Source: Selaginella moellendorffii
Lineage: Eukaryota > Plantae > Lycopodiophyta
NCBI RefSeq assembly: GCF_000143415.4
Contig: NW_003314280.1
Location: 1,655,443-1,719,442, forward strand
Length of the DNA stretch: 64,000 bases
Direction of reading: 5' to 3'
The notes beneath the pieces are model-generated. The model saw only the letters and a list, made by a program, of their open reading frames with translations. It was not told the origin of the DNA and ran no database searches. The first letter of the stretch is position 1. Each line of letters opens with the position of its first letter. Made by a program: the position numbers and the translations under genes. Of the stretch, positions 61,938-64,000 are shown piece by piece.

Positions 61938-63021
61938 ATGGCGATGGCGAACGAGAAGAAGGTTTGGGCATCTGGTTTCCTTCGTGAAGCGGCTACTGAA
62001 GGAGGGACATTGCGTTGTCGGGGTACTTAAGCTAATCGATTCTACTTAGAAATTGCTTTTCTTGTTTGTGCGAGCTTCCGGGGGAGAGAAAGAAGGCTGA
62101 CTTTGTCACGGAATTAGCCGCCTTTGACGATATTGTCCAAGTTTTCCATCTCGCGGGCCGTGACTTTCAGCTACAAGGAGGTAACTTTGCTTCTCCTTCG
62201 ATTCAACAGCTCTCTGCCATCTATGGTCTAGTCTTGTATCTCGAACTTTTACTGGTTCGCTTTTTCTTGTCTTTAGTTCTTCTTCCAGACCGAGATTGTT
62301 GATCCATGCGTGCTTGGAACTCTGAACGTGCTCAATGCCTGGAAACAATCCACAAAGTCAAGCGAGTGGTGTGCACGTCATCCGTGGCTTCTGTTAGTGC
62401 GAGGAACAACTTGATGAATCGGTGTGGAGCTCCCCAGACTGCTGCCGTGAGATTGAGGTAAGATTCTTATTTCCACAAGCAAGAAAGAACGAATTCTTAC
62501 AAGTTTTTCAAGTCCAAATGTGGTATGGTCTGGGAAAGACTCTACCCGAGCAAGCAGCACTCGAGTTTGGGAAAGAAAACGGCATAGAGGTGATCACAAT
62601 CGCTCCCAGCGTCGTGGGAGAACTTCTCTCGTCCAAGGCCACGCCACCGCAAGCGCTGCCGATATTCTCCGACTGCGAGTGATCTCGAAAGCAGAACAAA
62701 AATAGTTTTGAGATTCCAAACACATTGTAGGAGCCACGGACTGTTTCGATCAGGCTGGATACGTTCATCTCGACGACGTTGCTCAAGCTCACCTCCCTGC
62801 CTATACGAATCCCAAAGGCACTGGAAGATATGTTTGTTCGATCAACATGAGCGCTACCGAGCACGCCAGCTTCCTGTCCAAGACGCAGGTCGTCATATTT
62901 CACGGGATTCAACTCCAGAAACCTTCAGGACGATCTTGGGATCCAATTCAAGTCGCTGGAGCAAATGTTTGAGGATTGCGTTGACAGCTTCGAACGCAAA
63001 GGCCTCATAACTCGAGTTTGA
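61938..63021 (+). pseudogene. TKPR1/DFR-like reductase copy 3 (pseudogene)
   Basis: Many small deletions, including in the Rossmann motif, and lost splice sites. Confidence 0.88.
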
Positions 63022-63710
63022 TAGTTGACTTTAATGCTAAGGAAATCCTCCTTGAATAAAGTCTCTGTGATTATGATCGAGCATCCAAGAAAACAGAAAA
63101 CAACCATGTGTAGGATACCTTTGTCATCAATGCCTGTCTAAATCGTTTGGGATTAACATGCAAGTTCACACTAGTTTCTAAAATGTACACGCGAACATCC
63201 ATTCAAACTCGCACGTCTTCAATGCAGAATTCGTGCCGATTGTGTAGTCGTCAAAGACGAACCCAAATTTGTGTCAATCGCTGCAGCGACCCAGTCTCCG
63301 CTAAAACTCTTTTCTAATTTCCACTCTTTATACGATGCTTGCCATTATTTCGTGTCCAAGTGAAACAAAACTTGGTGTAAAAGTTCCATACCACCACCTT
63401 TGACCGGCAAACAGTGAGAGTTTGACTGGCACTGCGCTGGTCAACCCTGCCCGAAGGTTTTACATACGGTGCCATTCCTGGAACCAGCCAATTCCTGTGA
63501 ACCCTCCCTGCTATAAATTGGAGCCTCCTCTCTCACATCTCCACAAATCGACGATCACAACTGAGGTCCACTCTACAATTTTGGAGCTCTTCCATCTCTA
63601 ATTCCAGTTCTAATAGATTCTAAAAATCGAGAGAATCGATCGCAAGTTCAAGTCTCCTGCTGTCAAAAGCTCTCCCCAATTGCTGATCGATTTTTGCGCC
63701 CTCGATCCAA

Positions 63711-63920
63711 ATGGCAATGACGTCGCCTCTATCGATCCATAATCCTCTGTTCTTCGACGATGATGACCAATCCGTTGGCGAGGTTCGCAATTCCCAATTT
63801 ACCGAGGACGAGATCCTTGGCCACATGGAATGCCTGGGCATGATCCACGCCTTCGTCACGCCCTTTGTGCTCAACGCCGCCATCAAGCTCCGGGTCTTCG
63901 ACATCGTCGCGCACGCCTAA
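63711..63920 (+). pseudogene. Plant O-methyltransferase (COMT-type) N-terminal dimerisation region, ending in an early stop
   Basis: PFVLNAAIKLRVFDIVA resembles the LxAAIELGVFDII motif. TATAAAT at 63512. TAA at 63918. Confidence 0.6.
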
Positions 63921-64000
63921 ATTCTCTCAACACCGGGTGAAGATACTTGAAAACTTCATCCTACATGGTCACCAATATAATCCCCTTAAATCAACACATA

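Overview
This is plant nuclear genomic DNA. Very short (~50 bp) introns, tight gene spacing, PPR-DYW remnants and a Tcn1-like chromovirus suggest a lycophyte such as Selaginella (inference). 1-10 kb is a nest of three Ty3/gypsy elements. The middle one shows a Tf1-type self-priming PBS and a -1 frameshift signal. 11.4-21.7 kb is an inverted duplication holding one dead and one intact CYP71-clan P450, plus PPR fragments, an unexplained decayed coding segment, a germin-like pseudogene and a MITE. 24-38.5 kb is a dense block of intact genes: a TPX2-motif protein, EXO84, a polyol transporter, PAS1/FKBP72, U6 snRNA, PGDH and a TKPR1/DFR-like reductase. 39-43 kb holds a B3 gene and gene fragments (RAD54, PCC13-62, PPR-DYW). 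43-59 kb is a TE graveyard containing a 5S-bearing Cassandra-type TRIM, copia and gypsy remnants and fold-back LTRs. It also has a three-level nest: an orphan gene split by a TRIM, whose LTR is split by a Helitron that appears to terminate inside a captured tRNA-Ser gene. 59.7-64 kb holds two more reductase copies and an O-methyltransferase N-terminus. There are two assembly gaps (47503-48007, 50215-50314). All calls come from reading the sequence by eye; no searches were run.
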